Origin: an uncultured virus (IMG/VR IMGVR_UViG_3300042257_000362)
Lineage: Duplodnaviria; Heunggongvirae; Uroviricota; Caudoviricetes
DNA length: 64,000 nucleotides
IMG/VR virus record: IMGVR_UViG_3300042257_000362
Span: 1 to 64,000 of that record
Direction: 5' to 3' (one strand)
Part shown: positions 26,825-35,936 of the stretch, piece by piece
Numbering within the stretch: position 1 is the stretch's first letter
Layout: each line of letters begins with the position of its first letter
The notes under the pieces: model-generated
What the model was told of the DNA's origin: nothing
What the model saw: only the letters and a program-made list of their open reading frames with translations
The model's database searches: none
Made by a program: the position numbers and the translations under genes

Positions 26825-28834
26825 ATGGCAGAAACAGTCAAAGGACTAAATATCAAACTGACCCTTGATGGTAAGGATTTAGAAAACGAATTAAACGGCA
26901 TCAAGAAAGAACTCAAGGAACAAAACAAAGACTTAAGAGCGATTAATACCAACCTTCGATACGATAGTACTAATCTTGATTTATGGAAACAAAAACAGTC
27001 AAAACTAAATGATATCTTAGTCCAAACAAAGAAGAAACTTGAAACTCAAAACCAGGAACTTGATCGTGCGAAAAAAGCTGTCCAAGTCGGTGATATGAGT
27101 CAAGAAGAGTTTAATAAGCTCAAACGAAACGTCATATACACCGAAGCTGAAATAGCTAAGATGAATGGACAGTTGGAAAAAACATCAGATAAGATTAAAC
27201 AACTAAGTAATGCTAATTTCGAGAAGATTGGTAAACTTGGTTCGACATTAACGAAAAGTGTAACGGTACCTATATTGGGTGCCGTTTCTGCTTTAACTGC
27301 CTTTTCAGTAAAAGCTGCATATACTGCAGATGAAATTGGAGACACAGCTGAGAAGATCGGATTATCTGCTGAAGCATTTCAAGAGTGGAATCATACTGCG
27401 ACCATTTTAGGTGTATCAACCGAAAGAATGGAACGAGCATTTGTAAAAGTTAATGGGATTCTTGGAGATATCGCTACAGGTAATGGAGACAAGTATGCTG
27501 AAAGTTTGGCATTGATTGGGTTATCACTTGATGATTTAGAAGGAAAAAATACAGATGAAGCATTCAATCTAATCCGTGATGCTTTAAGTGAAGTAGAAAA
27601 TGAAGCGATTCGACTTGGTGTGGCTAATGACTTGCTGAGTGAGAGAGTAGCAGCTGACATCATTCCAGTATTAACTCAAGAAGCATCTACAATAAATGAT
27701 TTAAGAAATGAAGCTCAAGAGTTAGGTGTTGTTACAAATGAACAGGCTGCTCAAGCAGGAGAATTCACTGATGCACTTGATCGTACCAAACAAGCGGTAT
27801 CTAGTTTGGGTATTGATCTAGCAAGTACATTGTTACCAGTTATCCAGGAACTTATCATCAAAGTCAGAGACAATGTAATCCCTACATTAAAAGACTGGAT
27901 TGACAAATGGAACAACATGGATTCAGGAACCAAGAAAATCATTGCAACTCTTATTGGATTAGTTGCAGCAATAGGGCCAGTACTTTCTGTTGTTGGCAAA
28001 GTAGGTCCTCTTTTAAATGCTGGATCGATGGCACTTAAAGCAGTAGGAACATCAGGTATATTTGCTGGAGTAGGAATCAATGCTGCTACTTTAGGTATTG
28101 GTGCTCTCATTGCAATATTAGCAGTAGCCTTGTTCCAAAGTGAAGAGTTCAAAGCATTATTAGGAAGACTTATGGAAACATTCATGCAGTTACTTCCACC
28201 TATTTTAGCGATTGTTGATAGTTTGATGACGGCTCTTCAACCTATCCTAGATGTGATTATTGATTTAGTTGTTATGTTAGTTGATCTATTAGTTCCAATT
28301 CTAGATGTTATCCTTACGCCACTCATCACACAAATTCAAATGTTTGCTGAGATACTAGGATTATTAGCACCACTGATTACCGTTGTAGGTGAAGTGTTGA
28401 ATGCAATACTAGTTCCAGCGATTAATGTACTCAAGACAGTACTTGAACCAGTACTTAATGTTGTTCAGAAGATTGTTGAATTTATCCAGAAAATATTCGA
28501 GTGGATTGGAGATCTACCTTCAAAGATTGGTGATTTTGGTGGTAAAGTAAAAGATACATTTTCAAACGTGACTGAAGGCATCTCGAACATTGCGAATAAA
28601 GTAACGGATGGGATTAGTGACTTTGCTTCAAATGCAGCAGATAAAGTCAGTGGATTTTTTGGAGGTATTGGAGATTTCTTTTCTGATACATTTAACTTAA
28701 AAGGATCGAGTACAGTTAACAATTCAAACTCTAGTTCATCAACAAGCAATACAAACAATATCACTATAAATACAACATCACCAACCTTTGATGTGGATTC
28801 CATCAATAAGGCATTAGGAGGTAGTGTGATATGA
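26825..28834 (+). CDS. Tape measure protein
   Basis: N-terminal coiled coil, hydrophobic Pro-periodic repeats. Confidence 0.9.
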   Translation: MAETVKGLNIKLTLDGKDLENELNGIKKELKEQNKDLRAINTNLRYDSTNLDLWKQKQSKLNDILVQTKKKLETQNQELDRAKKAVQVGDMSQEEFNKLKRNVIYTEAEIAKMNGQLEKTSDKIKQLSNANFEKIGKLGSTLTKSVTVPILGAVSALTAFSVKAAYTADEIGDTAEKIGLSAEAFQEWNHTATILGVSTERMERAFVKVNGILGDIATGNGDKYAESLALIGLSLDDLEGKNTDEAFNLIRDALSEVENEAIRLGVANDLLSERVAADIIPVLTQEASTINDLRNEAQELGVVTNEQAAQAGEFTDALDRTKQAVSSLGIDLASTLLPVIQELIIKVRDNVIPTLKDWIDKWNNMDSGTKKIIATLIGLVAAIGPVLSVVGKVGPLLNAGSMALKAVGTSGIFAGVGINAATLGIGALIAILAVALFQSEEFKALLGRLMETFMQLLPPILAIVDSLMTALQPILDVIIDLVVMLVDLLVPILDVILTPLITQIQMFAEILGLLAPLITVVGEVLNAILVPAINVLKTVLEPVLNVVQKIVEFIQKIFEWIGDLPSKIGDFGGKVKDTFSNVTEGISNIANKVTDGISDFASNAADKVSGFFGGIGDFFSDTFNLKGSSTVNNSNSSSSTSNTNNITINTTSPTFDVDSINKALGGSVI

Positions 28835-29661
28835 TCAGACAATTTTATCTAGAAAACGAGTATGGCGATATATATTATTTCAATCATAAGAATCAGACTC
28901 TAATTGCTCAAGTGAGTGGTCTTGGTTTTTCTTTGGATATGAAGTATTTAGAATATAGTCGTTTTTATTCTCGATCAGAATATAACATTCCTTTGTCAGA
29001 GATTTCTGAAACATTAATCTTTCTAAAGGGATATCAGGGATATAAGTCCTTCGTGGATTTTATTAGTAAAAGCAATAAAGAATATAAACTGCATTATCAA
29101 AACGATGCATTCAGCGCGTACTGTTATGTTGATATTGCTAGTTTATCGAAAGCTGAGTTGATCGCAGGTACCATTCAAAGTAACATCGTGTTTAAAAAAT
29201 TGTCACTTTGGTTAAAAGAAAAATCATATGAAATTATCGCAAATGGATCTTCAAGTGGTAAGGTTTATCCATATTCTTATCCATATTACTATTCAAGTTC
29301 ATATGAAGGTAAGGTATTTATTAGAAATGAAGGGTTAAATGATGCACCAACTGTCATAGAAATGATAGGAAGTGTTATTGATCCAGAAGTGCTAATCAAG
29401 AAGAATGGAGAAGTGGTATCTGTATTACGTTTATATTTAACTGCAGAAGATATAACTATTACCGTCAACTCTATTCCAAGTAAACAAGAAATGGTGATGG
29501 ATGAATCAGGTGTTGTTACTGACATTTATGGATTGCAGGACTTTGAAGAAGACAACTTTATTTTCCTAGAACATGGAGATTATGAAATTGAATTCAAACC
29601 AGGCGTAGCTACAGAATCGATTTGCAGGGTGACAGTCCTAGAAGGCTATTTAGGCATATAG
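28831..29661 (+). CDS. Distal tail (Dit-like) protein
   Basis: Follows tape measure; YPYSYPYYY...IRNEG..DAP. Confidence 0.75.
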   Translation: MIRQFYLENEYGDIYYFNHKNQTLIAQVSGLGFSLDMKYLEYSRFYSRSEYNIPLSEISETLIFLKGYQGYKSFVDFISKSNKEYKLHYQNDAFSAYCYVDIASLSKAELIAGTIQSNIVFKKLSLWLKEKSYEIIANGSSSGKVYPYSYPYYYSSSYEGKVFIRNEGLNDAPTVIEMIGSVIDPEVLIKKNGEVVSVLRLYLTAEDITITVNSIPSKQEMVMDESGVVTDIYGLQDFEEDNFIFLEHGDYEIEFKPGVATESICRVTVLEGYLGI

Positions 29662-29664
29662 GAT

Positions 29665-30783
29665 ATGAAACTACTATTTCTTGATCGTAGCACTTTGCAG
29701 TACAAGGACAATGCATACGTCAGTAATCAGTTTGAACTCGTTCTTGATATGGTGCTCATAAAGAGATCAACATTCAAAGTAAACAAGACCAACATTAACT
29801 GCACCATTGGTGATATTGTTGTTCTTAAGAATGATGTCTATTCATATATAGGAATCTTAGAAAGCATCGAGCTAAATGATGATTACACAACGAACATAAA
29901 GTCTCTCGATTTCAGGGAGATTTTTAATTTAGATATACCTGCTATAAGTTTTACTGGTGACCTTGCTGATTACCTTTATCAAATTATCACTGACTATTTC
30001 AAGAACAATTCAGATCAAAAACAGAACCTGCCCTATTTGACTGTAATTAGAGAAACAAGCATATCAGGAAGTCTTAGCTTTGAAACAGATAACATCATCA
30101 ATATGTCAAAAATATTTGAACTTGTTTCAAAGGGATACGGTATCAGCTTTAGAACCGATGTTACTTATTTAAGAGGTCGCATTACAGGTATCATATTTAG
30201 GATTGTTAGTGTGAATCAAGGTATGGTAATCAAGAGTGATTTTTCATCTATCTTGAATGTAGAAACCAATGATTCCACCAGCCAACTTGTGAATAAGGTC
30301 GTCTATTATCCAAGAAGTGATAATCAGATCTATCAAACAATCAAGACATTCTATTTGCTTACAACTGGAGAAATCACGGAAGATGGGACATCAGATGATA
30401 GATATACAAGTGTTATGGCCAAGAGTTATATTTATACGGATAACGATTATGAAACACTAGAAACTAAAGCAAAAAGTGAAATGGTAACATCCAAACTAGA
30501 TCACAATATAACATTTACAATTGACATGAAAAACAAGGTGTTTGTTCCATTTGAGAATATCTATCTTGGTGATTATGTCTCTTTTATTCATAAAGAGAAA
30601 ACATATGAATCAGTGATAACAGGCATCACATTCAAAGATTCATTTAACTATGCAGCGATTACATTAGGAGAGTATCGAGTGAAGCTAACAGAAAAAATAC
30701 AGCTACTTAGTAAAAATACAAGTAGTGGGCAGGCAAGCAATATTACAATTACCAATACAGACATCGATGGAGGTGAGTTCTGA
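29665..30783 (+). CDS. Baseplate hub/Tal-like minor tail protein
   Basis: Position after Dit; YLGDYV...ITLG C-terminal motif. Confidence 0.7.
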   Translation: MKLLFLDRSTLQYKDNAYVSNQFELVLDMVLIKRSTFKVNKTNINCTIGDIVVLKNDVYSYIGILESIELNDDYTTNIKSLDFREIFNLDIPAISFTGDLADYLYQIITDYFKNNSDQKQNLPYLTVIRETSISGSLSFETDNIINMSKIFELVSKGYGISFRTDVTYLRGRITGIIFRIVSVNQGMVIKSDFSSILNVETNDSTSQLVNKVVYYPRSDNQIYQTIKTFYLLTTGEITEDGTSDDRYTSVMAKSYIYTDNDYETLETKAKSEMVTSKLDHNITFTIDMKNKVFVPFENIYLGDYVSFIHKEKTYESVITGITFKDSFNYAAITLGEYRVKLTEKIQLLSKNTSSGQASNITITNTDIDGGEF

Positions 30784-31556
30784 TGGGATTACAAAAAATC
30801 ACTTTTGAAGGTGGTAATGTCACATCAAAGATCGATTCCGATTTATATCATTTTCTATTTTCAAGTGATGTAGGAATCTTAAAAGGATTAAAAAATGAAT
30901 GCGGTTATACGTTAGCCAATAATACCATTACATTCAGCGATGGTTACGTTTCGGTTTATGGAAGAATCATCTATGTTGAAAATCAGACAACGATTGGTGT
31001 AACACCAGATTCAAGTAAGTATGGATATGTTGTTTTAGGAGTAAATACGTCTGATAACACAGTCATCTTATATTTGAAAGAGCAGACCGGTAGCTATCCA
31101 TCTTTAATAGTTACTAATCTTCTGACAACTGATGGACTTTATGAACTGGCATTGTGTGCTTATACGAAAACAACGACATCAGTAACACTGACAAGTTATT
31201 CTAGAAAGTTGATAACTAACGATAAAACCAGAGTGGATGATTTAGATGATGAAATATTAAGCAAATATCTGCCAAAGCGAAGAACATTAACGCAAGTAAC
31301 TGCTGGTAAATATCGTTTTTCTGGTACTAGTTCAGTTGAACTTAGAGATTCAATCATCTATGTGACTATCAACAATCATACAGTCGTGACTTTCCCAGGA
31401 GAGCAAATGTTTTTGTTTGTTGGATCTAACACATCCGTATCTTATCGATATGCTTCAGGAGATTACTCATTAAGTGTTGTATATGAAGATGGCATCGTCA
31501 CATTAACAACTGGTAACACAACACACAACATCACAAGTGTGTTTACAAAAAAATAG
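30783..31556 (+). CDS. Minor tail/baseplate protein
   Basis: Thr/Ser-rich beta composition; YELAL motif. Confidence 0.65.
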   Translation: MGLQKITFEGGNVTSKIDSDLYHFLFSSDVGILKGLKNECGYTLANNTITFSDGYVSVYGRIIYVENQTTIGVTPDSSKYGYVVLGVNTSDNTVILYLKEQTGSYPSLIVTNLLTTDGLYELALCAYTKTTTSVTLTSYSRKLITNDKTRVDDLDDEILSKYLPKRRTLTQVTAGKYRFSGTSSVELRDSIIYVTINNHTVVTFPGEQMFLFVGSNTSVSYRYASGDYSLSVVYEDGIVTLTTGNTTHNITSVFTKK

Positions 31557-31567
31557 GAGGAATTTAA

Positions 31568-32419
31568 ATGGCTACAATTCAAATAAAAAGAAGAACCACA
31601 GCAGGAACAGGACCACTTACAGGGACAACTGGAACTGTTAAAGCTGGAGAACCACAAGTTGATTTTAATGGTGAACATTTATACATTGCAAAAGCAGATA
31701 AAGTGGCGAGTGTTTCTGTACCGCTTGCTGAATCAGATTACTTGAAAATACCTGGTGTAGATAAAGTTGACGATCAGATTGATACAAAGATTACTGCATT
31801 AAATTTAGGAACTGCAGCAACAAAGAATACAGGAACTGGCAGTGGAAACATTCCAATTCTTAATTCAAGTGGGAAATTAGCAGATAGTGTTGTACCTAAG
31901 ATTGCGATGACAAATACATATGTTGTTGCAAGTCAAACAGCGATGCTTACCTTATCAAGCGCACAGGAAGGCGACGTTGCCGTAAGAACCGACTTAAATA
32001 AGTCTTTTATCCTAAAGGCATCACCTTATTCAACGCTTGCTAACTGGCAAGAACTTTTAACACCTACCGATGCTGTAACGAGTGTCAATGGGTCTACTGG
32101 TGCAGTAACGATTTCACTAGCTGGACTTGGTGGTGTTGCAGCATCAACTTACAATACTCACGTTGCATCTAACCTTCATTTAACATCTGACCAAAGAACT
32201 ATACTTAATAATGTAAAAGATGTTCAAATTTTTGATACCGATGGTATAAGCCTGGCGTCATCAGTAACAGACTATGCAAATTCGGTAATTGTTGATGGAT
32301 TAATATATTACCCAATTGTCGACTCAAACTACACACCAACTAGAATTACATATAAGTTGGGTATTGATGAAACCAAAGTTCTACAACCATCCTCAATTAT
32401 TGATGGTGGTACATATTAA
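31568..32419 (+). CDS. Tail fibre-like protein
   Basis: IQIKRR...AGEP N-terminus; AQEGDVAVRTD; VTSVNGSTGAVT; IDGGTY end. Confidence 0.7.
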   Translation: MATIQIKRRTTAGTGPLTGTTGTVKAGEPQVDFNGEHLYIAKADKVASVSVPLAESDYLKIPGVDKVDDQIDTKITALNLGTAATKNTGTGSGNIPILNSSGKLADSVVPKIAMTNTYVVASQTAMLTLSSAQEGDVAVRTDLNKSFILKASPYSTLANWQELLTPTDAVTSVNGSTGAVTISLAGLGGVAASTYNTHVASNLHLTSDQRTILNNVKDVQIFDTDGISLASSVTDYANSVIVDGLIYYPIVDSNYTPTRITYKLGIDETKVLQPSSIIDGGTY

Positions 32420-33099
32420 TGGCTATTATCAGAGTCAAACGTGGTACTACAACTCCAACAACATCTAACCTATCATACTTAGGTGAGCTTGCATTTGACT
32501 ATTCAAACGAAGCATTATACGCAAGAGGAACATCATCTGTAGTAAAAATAGGCGGTGCTTTAGAACAAGTATATTTTTATCAAGGATACTCCTATTATCA
32601 CAGTTTGACATATCCATTTGATCCGGACTACATTTATAAAGTTCATGTAATTGCATCAACTCAAGGAACATCAGTCGATACTTCTGATACGTACATTTAC
32701 TATCGAACATCTAGTAACTCAAGTTTATATGGGGCATATATCAATCATCACTTAAATACCGAAGATACTGTTCATGATAAAAGATCTAGCACTAATACGA
32801 CCGCAAAATACATCGAGGATAGTTATGCAACCGGTCCAACAATTACGAGTGGAATTACGAAAGTCATTGATTTTGAGATTTCACCGACATTTAAAGCGAA
32901 CTATGTTGATACACAAGTCTGGGTAGCATATGGAAAAAGTATGACGACACTTTCTGGACAAGGTAATGGATCGATTAAGATGGTCGATTTTGTACATACA
33001 GCATATGGAGATTTAGGTGCTTTGTATATCAATCCAGGTATGTCTGTGGGCTCACCTGATAGTATTTCAGTAACAATTTATAGAATGAAAAGAAAGTAG
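32419..33099 (+). CDS. Tail fibre/receptor-binding-like protein
   Basis: IRVKRG...LGELAFD N-terminus, beta-rich C-terminus. Confidence 0.65.
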   Translation: MAIIRVKRGTTTPTTSNLSYLGELAFDYSNEALYARGTSSVVKIGGALEQVYFYQGYSYYHSLTYPFDPDYIYKVHVIASTQGTSVDTSDTYIYYRTSSNSSLYGAYINHHLNTEDTVHDKRSSTNTTAKYIEDSYATGPTITSGITKVIDFEISPTFKANYVDTQVWVAYGKSMTTLSGQGNGSIKMVDFVHTAYGDLGALYINPGMSVGSPDSISVTIYRMKRK

Positions 33100-33107
33100 G
33101 AGTCATT

Positions 33108-33443
33108 ATGGCAATTATTAAAGAACTAAATACGAAGTTTGGAGTTGGTGCATCATATCACCGAATTACAGCATTCAACATCAGTTACTCCAATAAGAAA
33201 ATCACCATTTGCGTAGCCTCATACTTAACAAAAGAAGCAAGAGCGGGTAAGAGTGAGCCAATAGAAGAAGTTGATATATCAATTCCAATCGCTGATTTTA
33301 AGTTATTTTTGGGAGTGAATCCGATTGAAGCAGGATATGGTTGGCTCAAACAAAATGTCATTGGATTTGAAGAGGCGGTCGATGATTATGATGCTGTTGA
33401 ACCATCTCTACCTGAACCAATCGAGGAGGCACCAAATGAATGA
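33108..33443 (+). CDS. Hypothetical protein (possible fibre assembly chaperone)
   Basis: ASYHRI...ASY...YGWLK pattern; follows fibre genes. Confidence 0.55.
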   Translation: MAIIKELNTKFGVGASYHRITAFNISYSNKKITICVASYLTKEARAGKSEPIEEVDISIPIADFKLFLGVNPIEAGYGWLKQNVIGFEEAVDDYDAVEPSLPEPIEEAPNE

Positions 33444-34074
33444 TATTTATAATCTCATAAAAGAAACATTTCCAAACACTGAAATTCTACTTATTTATTA
33501 TGGGGGTTCTAAAGCATATGGATTAGATGAAAACACTAGTGATATTGATGTTACTGTAGTTCTAGAAGGTTTCAAAGGAATCCTCCATTTATTTATTGGT
33601 AAATATGACCTGTTTGTTTTCTCAAAAGAGGATTTTATTAAGAGACAACAATTTGATGATTCAATCATCGCTTATCATAGACAAGCTGCAGATAATATTC
33701 TAGGTATTAAAACAAATGAATATTATTTAAATCCTGTGTTTTCTGATGAATTAGAAATTATGATTTCTAATGTTGACAATTCATTTATTTGCAACTTAAT
33801 AGATGCTTTATTAATCTATTCAAAAAGCGTGTTTGAAGTTAATCAAAAATCGAAAGCATTTTATCATCTATATAGACTAAGAGGTATGATAGAACATTAT
33901 ATGCAAACAGGTGTATTCGATTTAATCGTTGATGAACCTTGGAAAAGTAAAATGATTGAGTATAAAGCAAACTATAAAACCAACCCAGAGGCAAATTATG
34001 AAGAAGAAATAGTATTCTTGTTTGAATACTTAGAAAATTACCGAAATGAGATGATTGAACGTGGACTGGGATAA
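33436..34074 (+). CDS. Pol-beta-superfamily nucleotidyltransferase
   Basis: GGSKAYGL...SDID motif and later YDLF; start re-assigned to 33436. Confidence 0.8.
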   Translation: MNDIYNLIKETFPNTEILLIYYGGSKAYGLDENTSDIDVTVVLEGFKGILHLFIGKYDLFVFSKEDFIKRQQFDDSIIAYHRQAADNILGIKTNEYYLNPVFSDELEIMISNVDNSFICNLIDALLIYSKSVFEVNQKSKAFYHLYRLRGMIEHYMQTGVFDLIVDEPWKSKMIEYKANYKTNPEANYEEEIVFLFEYLENYRNEMIERGLG

Positions 34075-34387
34075 TCTTTTACATTTATTTAGAATGGAAA
34101 ACTTAATATATTGGATTGTAACAATGGTAGTCGTTATCCTTACCACAATAAAACAATTCAACAGACAAGAAAAGAACAACAAAACAAAGAACGATCAAAT
34201 CATGGTAAACCTACAAAAAATAGAAAAGCAGAACGTGAAGATGATAGGCTTATTGGAACTGCATTCAAAGGACATTAAAACATTGAAAAAGGATGTAAAT
34301 GTACTAGAACACAGAGTTTCAAGACTAGAAGATTCACAAGTTAACATTTATAGACACATAGGAGGAAAAGATAATGACAACACTTGA
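34061..34387 (+). CDS. Single-TM coiled-coil protein, holin-like
   Basis: TM LIYWIVTMVVVILTTI followed by heptads; lysis-module position. Confidence 0.55.
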   Translation: MDWDNLLHLFRMENLIYWIVTMVVVILTTIKQFNRQEKNNKTKNDQIMVNLQKIEKQNVKMIGLLELHSKDIKTLKKDVNVLEHRVSRLEDSQVNIYRHIGGKDNDNT

Positions 34388-34868
34388 GATAATTTTATTG
34401 GTAATATCACTATTGTTGCTTGCGCTTTATGTAACATCAAAGCTGGGTAAAGATCAGTCATTAAATGAAGTGATTAAGGAAGTCAAAGAAGATCTAAAAA
34501 ACACTGCAGAGAATGTATATGATCTTGTCAACAAAGCAACGGATATTGTTTTTGATGAATCGGTACAAAAAACAATCAAAGAATTTATTATGATTGTAGA
34601 AGAAAAGAATCAAATTGCTAAACAAAAGGGTGAAGCTTTCCTTGCAGGTGACGAGAAGAAACTCGCAGTTATTTCACGCTTTAGTGAATGGGTGAGCAAT
34701 GTTACAGGGTCAACTGAAAAGGCTGTAGAGTTTGTTGAATCAAATCAGTCTAGAATTGAATCGATCATTGATGATTACGTATCTTTTACGAATAAAATGC
34801 AAGGTAAAGAATCATTATCTGAAGCAGAGAAAATCATAGCAGAAAAGTTACGTCAGAAAGACGAGTAA
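34374..34868 (+). CDS. N-terminal-TM holin-like protein (LL-H-like)
   Basis: TM helix; GDEKKLAV...IESII pattern. Confidence 0.55.
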   Translation: MTTLEIILLVISLLLLALYVTSKLGKDQSLNEVIKEVKEDLKNTAENVYDLVNKATDIVFDESVQKTIKEFIMIVEEKNQIAKQKGEAFLAGDEKKLAVISRFSEWVSNVTGSTEKAVEFVESNQSRIESIIDDYVSFTNKMQGKESLSEAEKIIAEKLRQKDE

Positions 34869-34870
34869 TA

Positions 34871-34929
34871 CTTGCTATAGTGCCTTTATTTAGGTAATAT
34901 GTGACATAACCAAATCAAGGAGGAAAAGA
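34871..34929 (+). promoter_or_regulatory. Shared promoter/leader cassette (copy 2 of 3)
   Basis: CTTGCTA...GGTAATATGT...TAACCAAA..AAGGAGG. Confidence 0.55.
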
Positions 34930-35187
34930 ATGTTAAATCAAGTGATTTTAGTAGGACGAGTAAAGAAACTCGATAAGTTAGCAGGTATTGTTTCAATCGA
35001 TATCAAGAGACCAAATGAAAAGGATTCAGATTTGATTCCTGTCAACCTAAGTGAAGGCATTATGGACAATGTCATGGAGCACTTATCAGAAAACTCTACG
35101 ATTGGAGTGAAGGCATCACTTCATATTGATGACAACATCTTAAGGATTGTCGGAGAAAAAGTAACATTCATTAACGCAAAAGAATAA
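34930..35187 (+). CDS. Short SSB-like OB-fold protein lacking acidic tail
   Basis: MLNQVILVGR...EKVTF. Confidence 0.72.
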   Translation: MLNQVILVGRVKKLDKLAGIVSIDIKRPNEKDSDLIPVNLSEGIMDNVMEHLSENSTIGVKASLHIDDNILRIVGEKVTFINAKE

Positions 35188-35204
35188 GCAGAGATTTAGA
35201 AACT

Positions 35205-35235
35205 GGCCGTACTGATAAAAAGGTACGGCTTTTTT
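35205..35235 (+). terminator. Intrinsic terminator
   Basis: GGCCGTAC...GTACGGCT plus T-run. Confidence 0.75.
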
Positions 35236-35260
35236 ATTTGCGCTTTTTTACGTATTTATT

Positions 35261-35299
35261 GGCAAATCGTGTCATACCTCGCCATTTAACTGATGAAGG
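35261..35299 (+). promoter_or_regulatory. Promoter motif A upstream of recombinase operon
   Basis: GGCAAAT-N13-GCCATTTAACT-NN-TGAAGG, as at 5333. Confidence 0.7.
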
Positions 35300-35358
35300 A
35301 GGTAATTGATATGAAAATGAACAATAAAAATAATACAATTTGGATTTTTTCTACAAAT

Positions 35359-35398
35359 AACCCGAACTTTTACACGAATTCTGCGGACTATGATTTAG
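35359..35398 (+). promoter_or_regulatory. Promoter motif B upstream of recombinase operon
   Basis: AACCCGAACTTTT-N10-TGCGGACTA-N-GATTTAG, as at 61361. Confidence 0.7.
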
Positions 35399-35410
35399 GA
35401 GGTAGTTCGT

Positions 35411-35677
35411 ATGAATAATGACACATTAATTAAAGAGTTAAGAGACAAAGGATATGGTTACAAAAAGATTGCTAATGAGCTGGAACTAAAAGTTGATACT
35501 GTTCGTTATGCTTGTTTGAGAATGGAAGAGGAAAGCCTTGTTGGTTATTGCAAACACTGTGGTCTTGAGATGAAGTCAGTAAAAGGGAAAAAGAAAAAGA
35601 TATTCTGTTCGGATAGATGCAGGTGGCAATGGTGGAATGTGCAAAGAAAAGGATCAAGTCACAATGAATCGATCTAA
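35411..35677 (+). CDS. HTH plus zinc-finger protein (candidate recombination accessory factor)
   Basis: GYGYKKIANEL HTH; CKHC...FCSDRCR. Confidence 0.75.
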   Translation: MNNDTLIKELRDKGYGYKKIANELELKVDTVRYACLRMEEESLVGYCKHCGLEMKSVKGKKKKIFCSDRCRWQWWNVQRKGSSHNESI

Positions 35678-35936
35678 TTTAGAAATGTATTACCTATCCA
35701 TCGCACCCATTAAATCAATGTTTGATGAGGGGATTTTAAGTAAATCTGAATATCTTAAAGCAGAAGCATTTTTAGCAGAAAAGTATTGTATCAATAAAGG
35801 TAACATTCATCGTCTTAACAACTTGACTAAACCCCCTAAAAGAGTGATATATGGTGTAACCAAAGAGGAGGTAAAAGATGAAGGAAAAGAAGATAACCAA
35901 AATCGAAGCATTATCCAAATTACCAAAGAAAACTAG
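35664..35936 (+). CDS. SHOCT-like small protein
   Basis: MFDEGILSKSEY...AEKY; precedes recombinases. Confidence 0.65.
   Translation: MNRSNLEMYYLSIAPIKSMFDEGILSKSEYLKAEAFLAEKYCINKGNIHRLNNLTKPPKRVIYGVTKEEVKDEGKEDNQNRSIIQITKEN
35822..35877 (+). promoter_or_regulatory. Shared promoter/leader cassette (copy 3 of 3), inside the SHOCT gene
   Basis: CTTGACTA...AGAGTGATATAT...TAACCAAA-GAGGAGG. Confidence 0.6.

Noticed and set aside
27100..28842. Long antisense ORFs in the tape measure gene, and similar shadows elsewhere (e.g. 2062, 8987, 57440, 61823)
   Set aside because: Antisense shadows of strong genes, without RBS or motifs.
30783..34074. Diversity-generating retroelement acting on tail fibres
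   Set aside because: No reverse transcriptase and no template/variable repeat pair seen.
35311..35418. 35-codon ORF with GGAGG RBS between motifs A and B
   Set aside because: Low complexity and overlaps motif B. It may be a coupling leader, but there is too little support to call a gene.
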